Below, piece after piece: positions 47,674 to 56,867 of a stretch of DNA of 64,000 nucleotides. The DNA is taken from contig JAZKZO010000004.1 in the NCBI GenBank assembly GCA_045612665.1, positions 1,418-65,417 of the forward strand, read 5' to 3'. The notes under the pieces were generated by a model. That model saw only the letters and a list, made by a program, of their open reading frames with translations, was not told the DNA's origin and searched no databases. The first letter of the stretch is position 1, and each line of letters starts with the position of its first letter. The position numbers and the translations under genes were made by a program. Origin of the DNA: Eubacteriales bacterium (GTDB taxonomy: Bacteria > Bacillota > Clostridia > Oscillospirales > CAG-272).

Positions 47674-49404
47674 TTATTTGTTTTCGTTTGCGTATTTGTG
47701 ATAAAGCTCCTTAACCTTGAAATAAGCTGCTTTTGGATTTCTGTATTCGTCCAAAATTCCCTTATTGTTAAAGTAGCGCACACGGTTAATATCCATTGAA
47801 GGAGAGGTTCTGATATTTGTGAATTGCCAGAGATACGTTCCTCTCATATAGTCGGTTCTATGGAATAGCTCGATGCAATATTCAAGAATATCGCGTTGAT
47901 ATTCCTCACTCCATTTCACACCGCTGTCAAACGGAGTATGGTAGCCTGCAAGTGCAGCTGAACCAAATTCACTCATAATAACAGGCTTGTCAGTCCAACC
48001 CTTTTCCTCACGACGCTTGCGGAAGTGCTCAACCATCAAATCCCAGTCTTGAATATTGCCATTGTAGCCACTGTATCTGTACCAGCCGTGGTAAATATTG
48101 ATGGAAATGAAATCGTCAAGGCCCATATCGTTATCCTTTAACGGATGGCAGGAAGCGTGAGTGATAAGTCTGTTACCGCCGTTTGCACGCAAGAACTTGC
48201 TCCATTTTTCGGAAAGAGGATATGTATGCTCGGAATATGTTGCTACCTCGTTATGCAAGCCCCAAATTACAATACTTGGATGGTTGTAGTAATATTTTGC
48301 CATTTCCTCGTGCATTTGCATTCCGCGCTCACAAATTATCGGATTCTGAAGGGCAGTTTCGCTAAAGCCGACACCCCACATAGGAATTTCGCTCCAGAAA
48401 AGAATTCCACGCTCGTCAAGCATATCAACGAATATTTTTGAGTTAGGGTAGTGAGAGCCTCTTATTGTGTTGCAGCCAAGGTCGCAAATTAGGTCAAGGT
48501 CCTTTTTCATAAGCTTTGCTGGGAATGCGAAGCCCCACTCAGGATGCTCCTCGTGTCTGTTTACGCCAAGAAGCTCAATTGACTTGCCGTTTAAAACGAT
48601 GTCGCAATTCTTAACCTCGATTTTTCTAAATCCAACCTTGTCAATTAGGTCGTCGCTTGCGGTTGATGCTACAGCAGTATAAAGCTTAGGTGAGCCAACA
48701 TCCCAAAGCTCAATGCCGTCTATTACCACCTTGTCGGTTGTAACGGTAGCTTTTTCATATGCGTCCAAGGTGATTTCACCCTCGTAAATTACGTTATCGC
48801 CAACTGTGAGCTTAACAGGCGAGCTTGTCTTCTTAGAGTCAGCGTTATAAAGCTCGATAGTTGCCCAAACGGAAGCAGAGCTAAAATCATCGCTTAATTC
48901 GTACTTAACGTGATTTAACATAATGGAAATTCCCGAAAGCTCAGCAACGCTAACGTCGCGAGCAATACCGCCGTAGTTAAACCAGTCGGTATATCTCTGT
49001 GGGAATGAATTAGCATCAATTGTGCTATCTGCAAGCACAACCAAGGTATGCTCGCCACAGCTTACGTCGTTTACGATAACCTCAAACGGGGTAAACGCAC
49101 CGTAATGCTTTGCAATCTCCTTTCCGTCAAGCCAAACGGTTGCCTCGGTCATAACGGATTCAAATTGGAAGAGAAGAGTTCCACCTTGAACTGTGAGCTT
49201 GCGCTCGTACCAGCCCCAGCCCTCGAAATTGAGATGTCCAAGCTCGTTATTCCAAACGGAAGGAACGATTACGGTTTCACCAGAGGGAAGTCCGTTTTGC
49301 CATCCCTCGTCAATACCCTTTTTGTCAGGGTCAAGGGCAAATTTCCACGTGCCGGAAAGGTTGGTTACCTTTCTTATTTTATGCTCGTCAAATAATCTTT
49401 TCAT
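47674..49404 (-). CDS. Glycoside hydrolase family 2 enzyme (beta-glucuronidase/beta-galactosidase-like)
   Basis: 576 aa. GH2 sugar-binding N-terminus (WKFALDP), acid/base WGLHNEV, nucleophile region VIMSEFG. Confidence 0.85.
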   Translation of the reverse strand: MKRLFDEHKIRKVTNLSGTWKFALDPDKKGIDEGWQNGLPSGETVIVPSVWNNELGHLNFEGWGWYERKLTVQGGTLLFQFESVMTEATVWLDGKEIAKHYGAFTPFEVIVNDVSCGEHTLVVLADSTIDANSFPQRYTDWFNYGGIARDVSVAELSGISIMLNHVKYELSDDFSSASVWATIELYNADSKKTSSPVKLTVGDNVIYEGEITLDAYEKATVTTDKVVIDGIELWDVGSPKLYTAVASTASDDLIDKVGFRKIEVKNCDIVLNGKSIELLGVNRHEEHPEWGFAFPAKLMKKDLDLICDLGCNTIRGSHYPNSKIFVDMLDERGILFWSEIPMWGVGFSETALQNPIICERGMQMHEEMAKYYYNHPSIVIWGLHNEVATYSEHTYPLSEKWSKFLRANGGNRLITHASCHPLKDNDMGLDDFISINIYHGWYRYSGYNGNIQDWDLMVEHFRKRREEKGWTDKPVIMSEFGSAALAGYHTPFDSGVKWSEEYQRDILEYCIELFHRTDYMRGTYLWQFTNIRTSPSMDINRVRYFNNKGILDEYRNPKAAYFKVKELYHKYANENK

Positions 49405-49532
49405 AAAAATACCTCAAAGTGTTTTTTTCTTAAATTATACCATAAAAGAGCATCAAAATCAACACAAAAATGCTCTCCTGTGGCATACATCTAAATTCTA
49501 TCATATATCTTGCTATAATTCAATACTATAAC

Positions 49533-49561
49533 TTGAATTTTTAATATATATGTGCTACAAT
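49533..49561 (+). promoter_or_regulatory. Sigma-A promoter of the 49587-56824 glycoside-hydrolase operon
   Basis: TTGAAT (49533-49538), 17 nt, TGcTACAAT with TACAAT at 49556-49561. The track start ATG 49560 lies inside the -10 box. Confidence 0.6.
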
Positions 49562-49586
49562 GAAAAAAACGCCAAAGGAGAAAAAT

Positions 49587-50666
49587 ATGAGAATTGCAAT
49601 AGGTGGCGATGTGTCAGTAAAGGCAGAGTGCGAGGAGCTTTTTGCCAAAGGTAACGGCAAGGCGCTTTTCGGTAATGCTTGTGAAGTTTTTGCTTCGTGT
49701 GATGAAAGCATTGTAAATCTTGAAACAGCTATCACCGACAAAGACACACCGATTAAAAAAATAGGCCCCAATTTGAGAGCGCCCCTTAATACCGCAATGG
49801 CACTAAGGGATGCAGGAATTACCGCTCTTGCACTGTCAAACAACCATATTTTTGACTATGGCAAGGCAGGGATAAAGGACACTCTTGCCGAAATTGAAAA
49901 ATGTGGTCTTAGATACACGGGATTTGGCGAAAATGTGCTTGATGCAAGAAAGAATATGATTCTTTGCGATGGCAAGATTTCCGTTGCGGTAATTGCGGTA
50001 TGTGAGCACGAATACACCTACGCCTTGAAAAATCGTATGGGCGCAAGAGAATACGATCCGTATGACACAATGGAGGACATAGAAAATGCGAAGAAAAGCG
50101 CCGATTATGTTGTTGTGATCTATCACGGAGGCGCTGAGGGATGCAGGTATCCCTCGCCAAGACTTGTAAAGGCGTGTCGCACAATGGTAAAGCACGGTGC
50201 TGATGTTGTTTTGTGTCAGCACAGTCACTGTATCGGATGCTATGAAAAATACCAAAGCAGTCATATCCTTTACGGTCAGGGCAATTTCCACTTTATTCAT
50301 AAAAAATACGAGGATAAAACTGATAAGGGCTATGCTTGGAATACAGGTCTTTTGGTGAAGCTTGACATTGATTCATCACTTGAAATCGAGTTTATCCCCT
50401 GCGTAGCTGACGGCAATGCAATAAGACTTGCAACTGATGAGGAAAAGGACAAGATTTTGAGCGAAATGTATGAGCGCTCAGCGTCCTTAGAAAATGGCAC
50501 TTGGGAGGAAAAATGGCTTGAATTTGCGCTTTCACGCGACAGATTCAAGGGAATTCCCGAGGAGCTTTGCGAGGAGATTGCACACTACCTTGACTGCGAG
50601 TCGCATACCGATGTATGCCGAGAAATTTATAAAACCTATAATTCTACAAACGAAATGGATGATTAA
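49587..50666 (+). CDS. CapA/PGA_cap-family metallophosphoesterase-like protein
   Basis: Start at ATG 49587 (aaaggag RBS). MRIAIGGDVS, LALSNNHIFDYG and YHGG motifs are typical of the CapA family. Confidence 0.7.
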   Translation: MRIAIGGDVSVKAECEELFAKGNGKALFGNACEVFASCDESIVNLETAITDKDTPIKKIGPNLRAPLNTAMALRDAGITALALSNNHIFDYGKAGIKDTLAEIEKCGLRYTGFGENVLDARKNMILCDGKISVAVIAVCEHEYTYALKNRMGAREYDPYDTMEDIENAKKSADYVVVIYHGGAEGCRYPSPRLVKACRTMVKHGADVVLCQHSHCIGCYEKYQSSHILYGQGNFHFIHKKYEDKTDKGYAWNTGLLVKLDIDSSLEIEFIPCVADGNAIRLATDEEKDKILSEMYERSASLENGTWEEKWLEFALSRDRFKGIPEELCEEIAHYLDCESHTDVCREIYKTYNSTNEMDD

Positions 50667-50667
50667 T

Positions 50668-52236
50668 ATGAACTTAAAGGTAAAAATGCTTGAAAACGAG
50701 CTTTGGTACGGTGGCTCCGTTGCCGAGGCTATGAAAAATCCGTTTGATGCAAGCTCTGCCTATGAATACGATATGGAGCTTGGACTTAACCAAACAATGC
50801 CACTTTTTGTTTCAACCAAGGGTAGATATATTTGGTGTGATGAGCCTATGAAGGTTCATATAAGTGGCGGAGAATTCGATCTTTGCGCCCCCTGCGAAAT
50901 CGTCCTTTGCCAAGCAGGAGATTGCTTGAAGGATGCATATCTTGAAGCGAGCAAACGCCATTTCCCGTTTAGCGGAAAGGTGCCACCTCTTAAGTTCTTT
51001 GAGAGCGCACAGTATAACTCTTGGATGGAGCTTGATTACCACCAAAGTCAAGAGGGAATTCTCAAATACGCCCACGGAATTGTCGATAACGGCTATGAGC
51101 CAGGCGTTCTTATGATAGATGAGGGATGGCATACAAGATACGGACTTTGGGAGTGGGATTTCGTTAAATTCCCTGACCCTAAGGCAATGATAAAGGAGCT
51201 TCACGACCTCGGCTTTAAGGTTATGGTTTGGGTCGTTCCATTGGTTACTGCCGACGGACAGGTGTTCAGTATGAGCTATTTTGACTATCATAGCTATCTT
51301 GACGGCGCCTGCGGAGATAAAAAATACTTTTTGCGCACCGATGACGGTAAGGTAGCACTTATCGAGTGGTGGAACGGCTTTAGCGCCATTCTTAATATGT
51401 GTAATCCCGATGACAGAGAATTTCTTGACAGTAAGCTCCGTAAGCTTATTGATGAATACGGCGTTGACGGCTTCAAGTTCGATGGCGGACCGATAGAGAT
51501 GTACCATCAAAGAAGCATCGTAAACGGTAAGCAAACAAAATACACCCCTGCCGAGCTCAATATTGCTTGGAACGATTTCGGCACAAGATACGAATACCAC
51601 GAATACAAGGATACATTTAAGGGCGGCGGTAAGGCTGTAATTCAAAGACTCAGAGATAGAGGTCACACTTGGGATGGAGAGGGAATCAACACAATTCTCC
51701 CATCAGCGCTCCTTCAGGGACTTATCGGACATCCGTTCATTTGTCCCGATATGATCGGCGCAGGATGGTGGTCACTTAACTATGATCCTAATTTTGTGTG
51801 CGATCAGGAGCTTTTTGTAAGAATGGCACAGGTCAGCGCGCTTTTGCCAATGATGCAGTTTTCTTGGGCACCTTGGAGAATGCTCGATAAAAAGCACGCC
51901 GAGCTTTGTCTTGAAAGTGCTAAGCTACATAAAAAATTCGCACCATATATCGTTGAGCTCGTAAAGGAAAGTGCGATAACAGGTGAGCCTATTGTAAGAA
52001 TGATGGAATATTCATATCCGCATCAGGGCTACGAGAAAATGCACGGACAATTTATGCTCGGAAACGATGTTTTGGTAGCCCCTGTTGTCGAAAAGGGCGC
52101 AACAACAAAGAAGGTTTCCTTGCCAAAGGGTAAGTGGCTCTATCTTGGCAAGGATGAGCTTGACGGTGGACGCACCGTAACGGTTGATGCCCCAATTGAC
52201 ATATTACCGTATTTTATTAAAAAATCGAAGGCATAA
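50668..52236 (+). CDS. Glycoside hydrolase family 31 enzyme
   Basis: Start at ATG 50668, directly after the previous stop. LMIDEGW...WEWDFVKFPDPKAMIKELHDLGFKVMVWVVP and VDGFKFDGG resemble the YicI-type GH31 catalytic region. Confidence 0.8.
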   Translation: MNLKVKMLENELWYGGSVAEAMKNPFDASSAYEYDMELGLNQTMPLFVSTKGRYIWCDEPMKVHISGGEFDLCAPCEIVLCQAGDCLKDAYLEASKRHFPFSGKVPPLKFFESAQYNSWMELDYHQSQEGILKYAHGIVDNGYEPGVLMIDEGWHTRYGLWEWDFVKFPDPKAMIKELHDLGFKVMVWVVPLVTADGQVFSMSYFDYHSYLDGACGDKKYFLRTDDGKVALIEWWNGFSAILNMCNPDDREFLDSKLRKLIDEYGVDGFKFDGGPIEMYHQRSIVNGKQTKYTPAELNIAWNDFGTRYEYHEYKDTFKGGGKAVIQRLRDRGHTWDGEGINTILPSALLQGLIGHPFICPDMIGAGWWSLNYDPNFVCDQELFVRMAQVSALLPMMQFSWAPWRMLDKKHAELCLESAKLHKKFAPYIVELVKESAITGEPIVRMMEYSYPHQGYEKMHGQFMLGNDVLVAPVVEKGATTKKVSLPKGKWLYLGKDELDGGRTVTVDAPIDILPYFIKKSKA

Positions 52237-52237
52237 A

Positions 52238-53584
52238 ATGAAACTAACCGAAGGAAAAATTTTCAAAACACTGTTTATATATTCGTTGCCTCTTATTCTC
52301 ACTAACGTGGTTCAGCTTTTGTTCCACGCAGCCGACGTAACCGTGCTTGGAATAATGGTTGACGACCATGCCGTTGCTGCCGTTGGTGCGTGCGGTCCGA
52401 TTATATCCTTGCTTGTCAGCCTGTTTGCATCCTTTGCAACGGGAGCAAATATACTGATTGCAAAATACGTTGGCGCAAAAAACGAGGAAAGAGCAAGAAA
52501 ATCAACGGGAACGGCTATTATAATCGGCTTTTTGTCAGGACTTATTATGATGGCTATTGCCCTTATTTGGGCAAGAGATATTCTCATCTTGATGAAATGC
52601 CAAAGCGAGGTCCTTGACACGGCAGTAACCTATATGCGCATATACTTTTTGGGTATGCCGATAATTATGCTATACAACTTTGTCGCCGCAATTCTTCGCT
52701 CCGTCGGAGATAGCATGCGCCCTATGATTTATATGCTTGTAGCAGGCGTTGTCAATATCGGACTCAATATCTTCTTTATTGCCGTGTGTGATATGACCGT
52801 TACAGGTGTCGCTCTTGCAACGCTTTTCTCCAACCTTGTGTCGCTAATTCTTGCTTTGATAGCGATGCTTAGAAACAAGGGATATTGCAAAATCGAGCTT
52901 AAAAATCTTAAAATTTTCAAGGATGAATTTAAGGAAATTGTTAAAATAGGCGTTCCCGCTTGTCTTTGTAGCCTTTCGTTCTATGTTGCCAATTTGTTTA
53001 TGTCGGCAGGCGTAAACTCAATAAGCTCCGATGCAATGACGGCAAACGCAATTGCAGGACAGTTCGATGCTATCGTTTATAATGTTGGAATGTCAATTGC
53101 TATCGCCTGTATGTCAATGGTAGGACAGTGCTACGGCGCAGGACTAATAGATAGAGCAAAAAATACCGTGTTGACAAGTGCCGCTTACGCAACTGTTGCA
53201 AGTCTTTCACTCGGCACACTCGTGGTTATCTTTTCTAGACCCCTTCTCGATATTATGACTGATAGCGAGGCTGTAATCGCAATCGGCAGAGAACAGCTAA
53301 CCGTTGTTTGCTTTACACATTTTATAACAAGCTTGATGGAGGTGCTTTCCTTTAGCCTTCGTGCGCTTAAACGCCCCAACTGCACAATGGTTGTCGGCTT
53401 TATCTTTGGATTTGGCTTGCGTACGCTTTGGGCAACCGTAATATGGAATTTGCTCGGTGGCTCGGTTGCAACGCTTTTCCTTGCCTACGGTGTCAGCGCC
53501 TTTTGTGCCATGGTAACCTATGCGATAATTTTCGCCAAGGTAATAAAAAAAGAGAAAAACGCAATCCCTGTCCATGACGTTTAA
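52238..53584 (+). CDS. MATE-family efflux transporter
   Basis: Start at ATG 52238 (MKLTEGKIFKTLFIYSLPLILTNVVQLL is the typical MATE N-terminus). 12 TM helices. Confidence 0.85.
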   Translation: MKLTEGKIFKTLFIYSLPLILTNVVQLLFHAADVTVLGIMVDDHAVAAVGACGPIISLLVSLFASFATGANILIAKYVGAKNEERARKSTGTAIIIGFLSGLIMMAIALIWARDILILMKCQSEVLDTAVTYMRIYFLGMPIIMLYNFVAAILRSVGDSMRPMIYMLVAGVVNIGLNIFFIAVCDMTVTGVALATLFSNLVSLILALIAMLRNKGYCKIELKNLKIFKDEFKEIVKIGVPACLCSLSFYVANLFMSAGVNSISSDAMTANAIAGQFDAIVYNVGMSIAIACMSMVGQCYGAGLIDRAKNTVLTSAAYATVASLSLGTLVVIFSRPLLDIMTDSEAVIAIGREQLTVVCFTHFITSLMEVLSFSLRALKRPNCTMVVGFIFGFGLRTLWATVIWNLLGGSVATLFLAYGVSAFCAMVTYAIIFAKVIKKEKNAIPVHDV

Positions 53585-53617
53585 TAAGTTTCAATTTACA
53601 TAAGAGAGGAAACGAAA

Positions 53618-55345
53618 ATGAATATTCCAAGACCCGAGCATCCAAATCCGCAATTTGAAAGAGAAAATTGGATAAACCTAAACGGTGAATGGGAATTTGA
53701 GCTTGACCGCGGAATTAGCGGAATTGATAGAAAATTTCATGAAAGAGAGCATCTTGACTCCAAAATCACCGTTCCGTTTTGTCCCGAAAGCAAGCTGTCA
53801 GGCATCGGACTTACCGATTATTTAAATTGTGTTTGGTATCTTAAAAGAGTATATATCGAGAATTGTGATAAAAGAGTGATTTTGCACTTTGGCGCGGTTG
53901 ATTACGAAAGCTTTATTTATATAAATCACAAGCAGGCTTATCATAATGTAGGCGGATACGTTGGCTTTGATATAGATATAACCGATTATGTCAAGGTGGG
54001 CGAGGAAAATATAATCACCGTTTGCGCAAAGGATACTCATCCAAACGATAAGGCGTCGGGAAAGCAATGTGAAAACTATTATTCAATAGAGTGCTGCTAT
54101 ACCCGTACAACAGGCATTTGGCAGACCGTTTGGCTCGAATATGTAGAAAAGAACTATATCAAGAGTGTCAAATATTATCCGTCGATTGAGCAAAAGAGCG
54201 TTCAAATTGAGCTTGACGTGGTCGGAAATGCCGATTTTAAAGCGATAGCATGCTTTGAGGGCAAGAATGTCGGCAAGACTAGCACGACCCTTAAAAACGG
54301 CATAAATCGCGTAACGCTAAGCCTTGACGAGCTTCATTTGTGGGAAGCAGGAAAGGGCGGTCTTTACGACCTTGAGCTCTTCTATGGAGAGGATAAGGTT
54401 AAAAGCTATTTCGGAATTCGCTCAACATCATTTGATAATAGAAATTATCTTCTTAACGGAAAGCCTGTGTTTTTACGCACAGTCCTCGACCAAGGCTATT
54501 ACAAGGACGGTATATATACGGCACAAAGCGACGAGGAGCTGTCAAGGGATATTCTTTTATCCTTTGAGGCAGGCTTCAACGGTGCAAGGCTTCACCAAAA
54601 GATTTTTGAGCCAAGATTTTTGTACCATTGCGATAGGCTTGGCTATCTTGTCTTTGGCGAATCGCCAAATGCTCACCTCGACTATTCCGATATGAATCAG
54701 CTAACACCGTTTTTGCTTGAATGGCAAAGAGCGGTTATAAGAGATTTTAACCACCCGTCAATTATCGGTTGGTGTCCTCTTAACGAAACGTGGGATTGGA
54801 ATAACAGACACCAAAACGACGATTTCATCCGCGCGCTTTACTACACTACAAAATCAGTCGATACAACTCGTCCCTGTATCGGTACAAGTGGAAATTATCA
54901 GGTTGTATCCGATATTTACGACCTTCACGATTATATCCAAAGCGTAGAGGATTTTAGAAAAATATATCTTGCACCGTCGCAGGATGAAATGCTACAAAAT
55001 TACGATAAGCATCCGTGGCATAGCGGTGTTGCAAGATATCAAAATTCACTCCTTTATAAGGATATGGCGCTCTATCTTAGCGAATTTGGCGGTATTAGAT
55101 GGGACGTTGACGGTGTTGAAGGTGGTTGGGGCTATGGCGACGGACCTAAAACCGAGGCGGAATTCCTTGAAAGATTCGAGAGCTTGGTAAGCGCTCTTAT
55201 AAATTGCCCGTATGTTTGTGGCTTTTGCTACACTCAGCTTTATGATATAGAGCAAGAGGTAAACGGACTTTACACATACGAAAGAAAGCCAAAATTTGAT
55301 ATGAGTAAAATTAAAGCAATAATTTGCGCTGAAAGGAAAAAATAA
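53618..55345 (+). CDS. Glycoside hydrolase family 2 enzyme
   Basis: 575 aa. GH2 N-terminal sugar-binding fold, acid/base CPLNETW, nucleophile region YLSEFGG. Confidence 0.8.
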   Translation: MNIPRPEHPNPQFERENWINLNGEWEFELDRGISGIDRKFHEREHLDSKITVPFCPESKLSGIGLTDYLNCVWYLKRVYIENCDKRVILHFGAVDYESFIYINHKQAYHNVGGYVGFDIDITDYVKVGEENIITVCAKDTHPNDKASGKQCENYYSIECCYTRTTGIWQTVWLEYVEKNYIKSVKYYPSIEQKSVQIELDVVGNADFKAIACFEGKNVGKTSTTLKNGINRVTLSLDELHLWEAGKGGLYDLELFYGEDKVKSYFGIRSTSFDNRNYLLNGKPVFLRTVLDQGYYKDGIYTAQSDEELSRDILLSFEAGFNGARLHQKIFEPRFLYHCDRLGYLVFGESPNAHLDYSDMNQLTPFLLEWQRAVIRDFNHPSIIGWCPLNETWDWNNRHQNDDFIRALYYTTKSVDTTRPCIGTSGNYQVVSDIYDLHDYIQSVEDFRKIYLAPSQDEMLQNYDKHPWHSGVARYQNSLLYKDMALYLSEFGGIRWDVDGVEGGWGYGDGPKTEAEFLERFESLVSALINCPYVCGFCYTQLYDIEQEVNGLYTYERKPKFDMSKIKAIICAERKK

Positions 55346-56164
55346 ATGAAATATTGCATTTGGTCAAGCTATTATTACGACCTTTCTCCCGAGGATATGC
55401 TTCTCGAATTTAAGGCACACGGATATAATAGCTGTGAGCTTTCATTTGAACACGCCTACAAGCTTATGGAGCGTGGAGATATTAAAAAGGCGGGAGAAGA
55501 ATTCGCCAAATTCGCACGCGATAACGGTTTTGAAATTTCTCAGGGCCACCTTTCCTACGAGGCTAAGCTTTGTAAGGATGAGGGCAAGGACTTTTTGAAA
55601 AAGCAAATAGATTTGTTCCTTGCTATGGGAATTAAAAATTCCGTATTGCATTGCGACTCCCTTACCTGGAGAGACGAAGCACTTACAAGAGAAGAGAAAA
55701 TCGAGGAAAACTGCAAGGCACTTTCCGAGCTTTTGGATTACATAAAGGACACCGATATGGTTATTTGCCTTGAAAATCTGATTTCAACCGATTTTATCAA
55801 CTCCATTGACGGACTTATGTATTTTATCGAGAGGTTTAATAGCAAAAACCTCGGCATTTGCCTTGACACAGGACACCTTAATTTGAACGATAGAGATCAA
55901 GTGGCATTTATAAGAAAGGCAGGCAAGCACATAAAGGCGCTTCACCTAGCCGATAATGACCAAAGCCGAGACCAACACCTTATGCCGTATGGCTGTGGCA
56001 GCGTTGATTTCGTTTCCGTTATAAGAGAAATGAAGGCGCTTGATTACAAGGGACTTTATAACCTCGAAATTCCAGGCGAAAGATGTGCCCCATTGGAAGT
56101 TTTGGGCTATAAGCTCGATTATCTTAAAAATGTGCTCGAATACCTTGATAGAGTAACTGAGTGA
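55346..56164 (+). CDS. Sugar phosphate isomerase/epimerase (xylose-isomerase-like TIM barrel)
   Basis: 272 aa. LENL, DTGHLN and HLADN motifs of the AP_endonuc_2 fold. Confidence 0.8.
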   Translation: MKYCIWSSYYYDLSPEDMLLEFKAHGYNSCELSFEHAYKLMERGDIKKAGEEFAKFARDNGFEISQGHLSYEAKLCKDEGKDFLKKQIDLFLAMGIKNSVLHCDSLTWRDEALTREEKIEENCKALSELLDYIKDTDMVICLENLISTDFINSIDGLMYFIERFNSKNLGICLDTGHLNLNDRDQVAFIRKAGKHIKALHLADNDQSRDQHLMPYGCGSVDFVSVIREMKALDYKGLYNLEIPGERCAPLEVLGYKLDYLKNVLEYLDRVTE

Positions 56165-56179
56165 AAACGGAGGGATAAT

Positions 56180-56824
56180 ATGTACACTAAACACAAATGG
56201 GAAAGCGATAAGCATTTTAACTTTGCTTATGCAAAATATTTGCCAAAGGATTTTGATGAGAATAAAAAATATCCTCTCGTTTTCTTTTTACACGGAGCAG
56301 GAGAATGGGGAGATAACCTCGAGGATGCGTGTCGCCACGGCTTTATGAAGCACGTAAGAGAGAGCGGAAAGGAATATCCGTTTATTTGCATAGCACCGCA
56401 GTGCCCAAGAGATAAATATTGGGCGTGCTACACTGAATCGTTGCTTGCATTCCTTGACTATATATGCGAAACGCTCCCTGTTGATAAGGATAGAGTATAT
56501 CTTACAGGACTTTCTATGGGAGGCACAGGCACTTGGATGCTCGCAATGGCGGACCGCGATAGATTTGCAGCAATAGCCCCTATTTGCGGAAGCGGAATTT
56601 ATTGGTTTGGTGAAGCACTCGTAAATGTACCTGTAATGGTGTATCACGGAGATTGCGACGACTGTGTGCCAATAGAGAATAGCATAGAGATGATAAGATC
56701 TATAAACAAGCGCGGAGGAAATGCACAAATAAAGGTACTTCAAGGCGTTTGGCATAACGCGTGGGATTATGCATACGAGGGCGACGAGCTTTGGACGTGG
56801 CTACTCTCCCATAAGCGCAAGTAA
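56180..56824 (+). CDS. Alpha/beta-fold esterase (carboxylesterase/feruloyl-esterase-like)
   Basis: 214 aa. PLVFFLHGAGEWGDN, nucleophile elbow GLSMGG, C-terminal His (GVWHNAW). Confidence 0.7.
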   Translation: MYTKHKWESDKHFNFAYAKYLPKDFDENKKYPLVFFLHGAGEWGDNLEDACRHGFMKHVRESGKEYPFICIAPQCPRDKYWACYTESLLAFLDYICETLPVDKDRVYLTGLSMGGTGTWMLAMADRDRFAAIAPICGSGIYWFGEALVNVPVMVYHGDCDDCVPIENSIEMIRSINKRGGNAQIKVLQGVWHNAWDYAYEGDELWTWLLSHKRK

Positions 56825-56836
56825 AAACTGAAAGCC

Positions 56837-56866
56837 AAAAGGACACTCGGTTGAGTGTCCTTTTTC
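56837..56866. terminator. Bidirectional terminator (member of the CACTC-GGTT-GAGTG hairpin family)
   Basis: aaaggacactc-ggtt-gagtgtccttttt between convergent genes. Confidence 0.7.
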
Positions 56867-56867
56867 A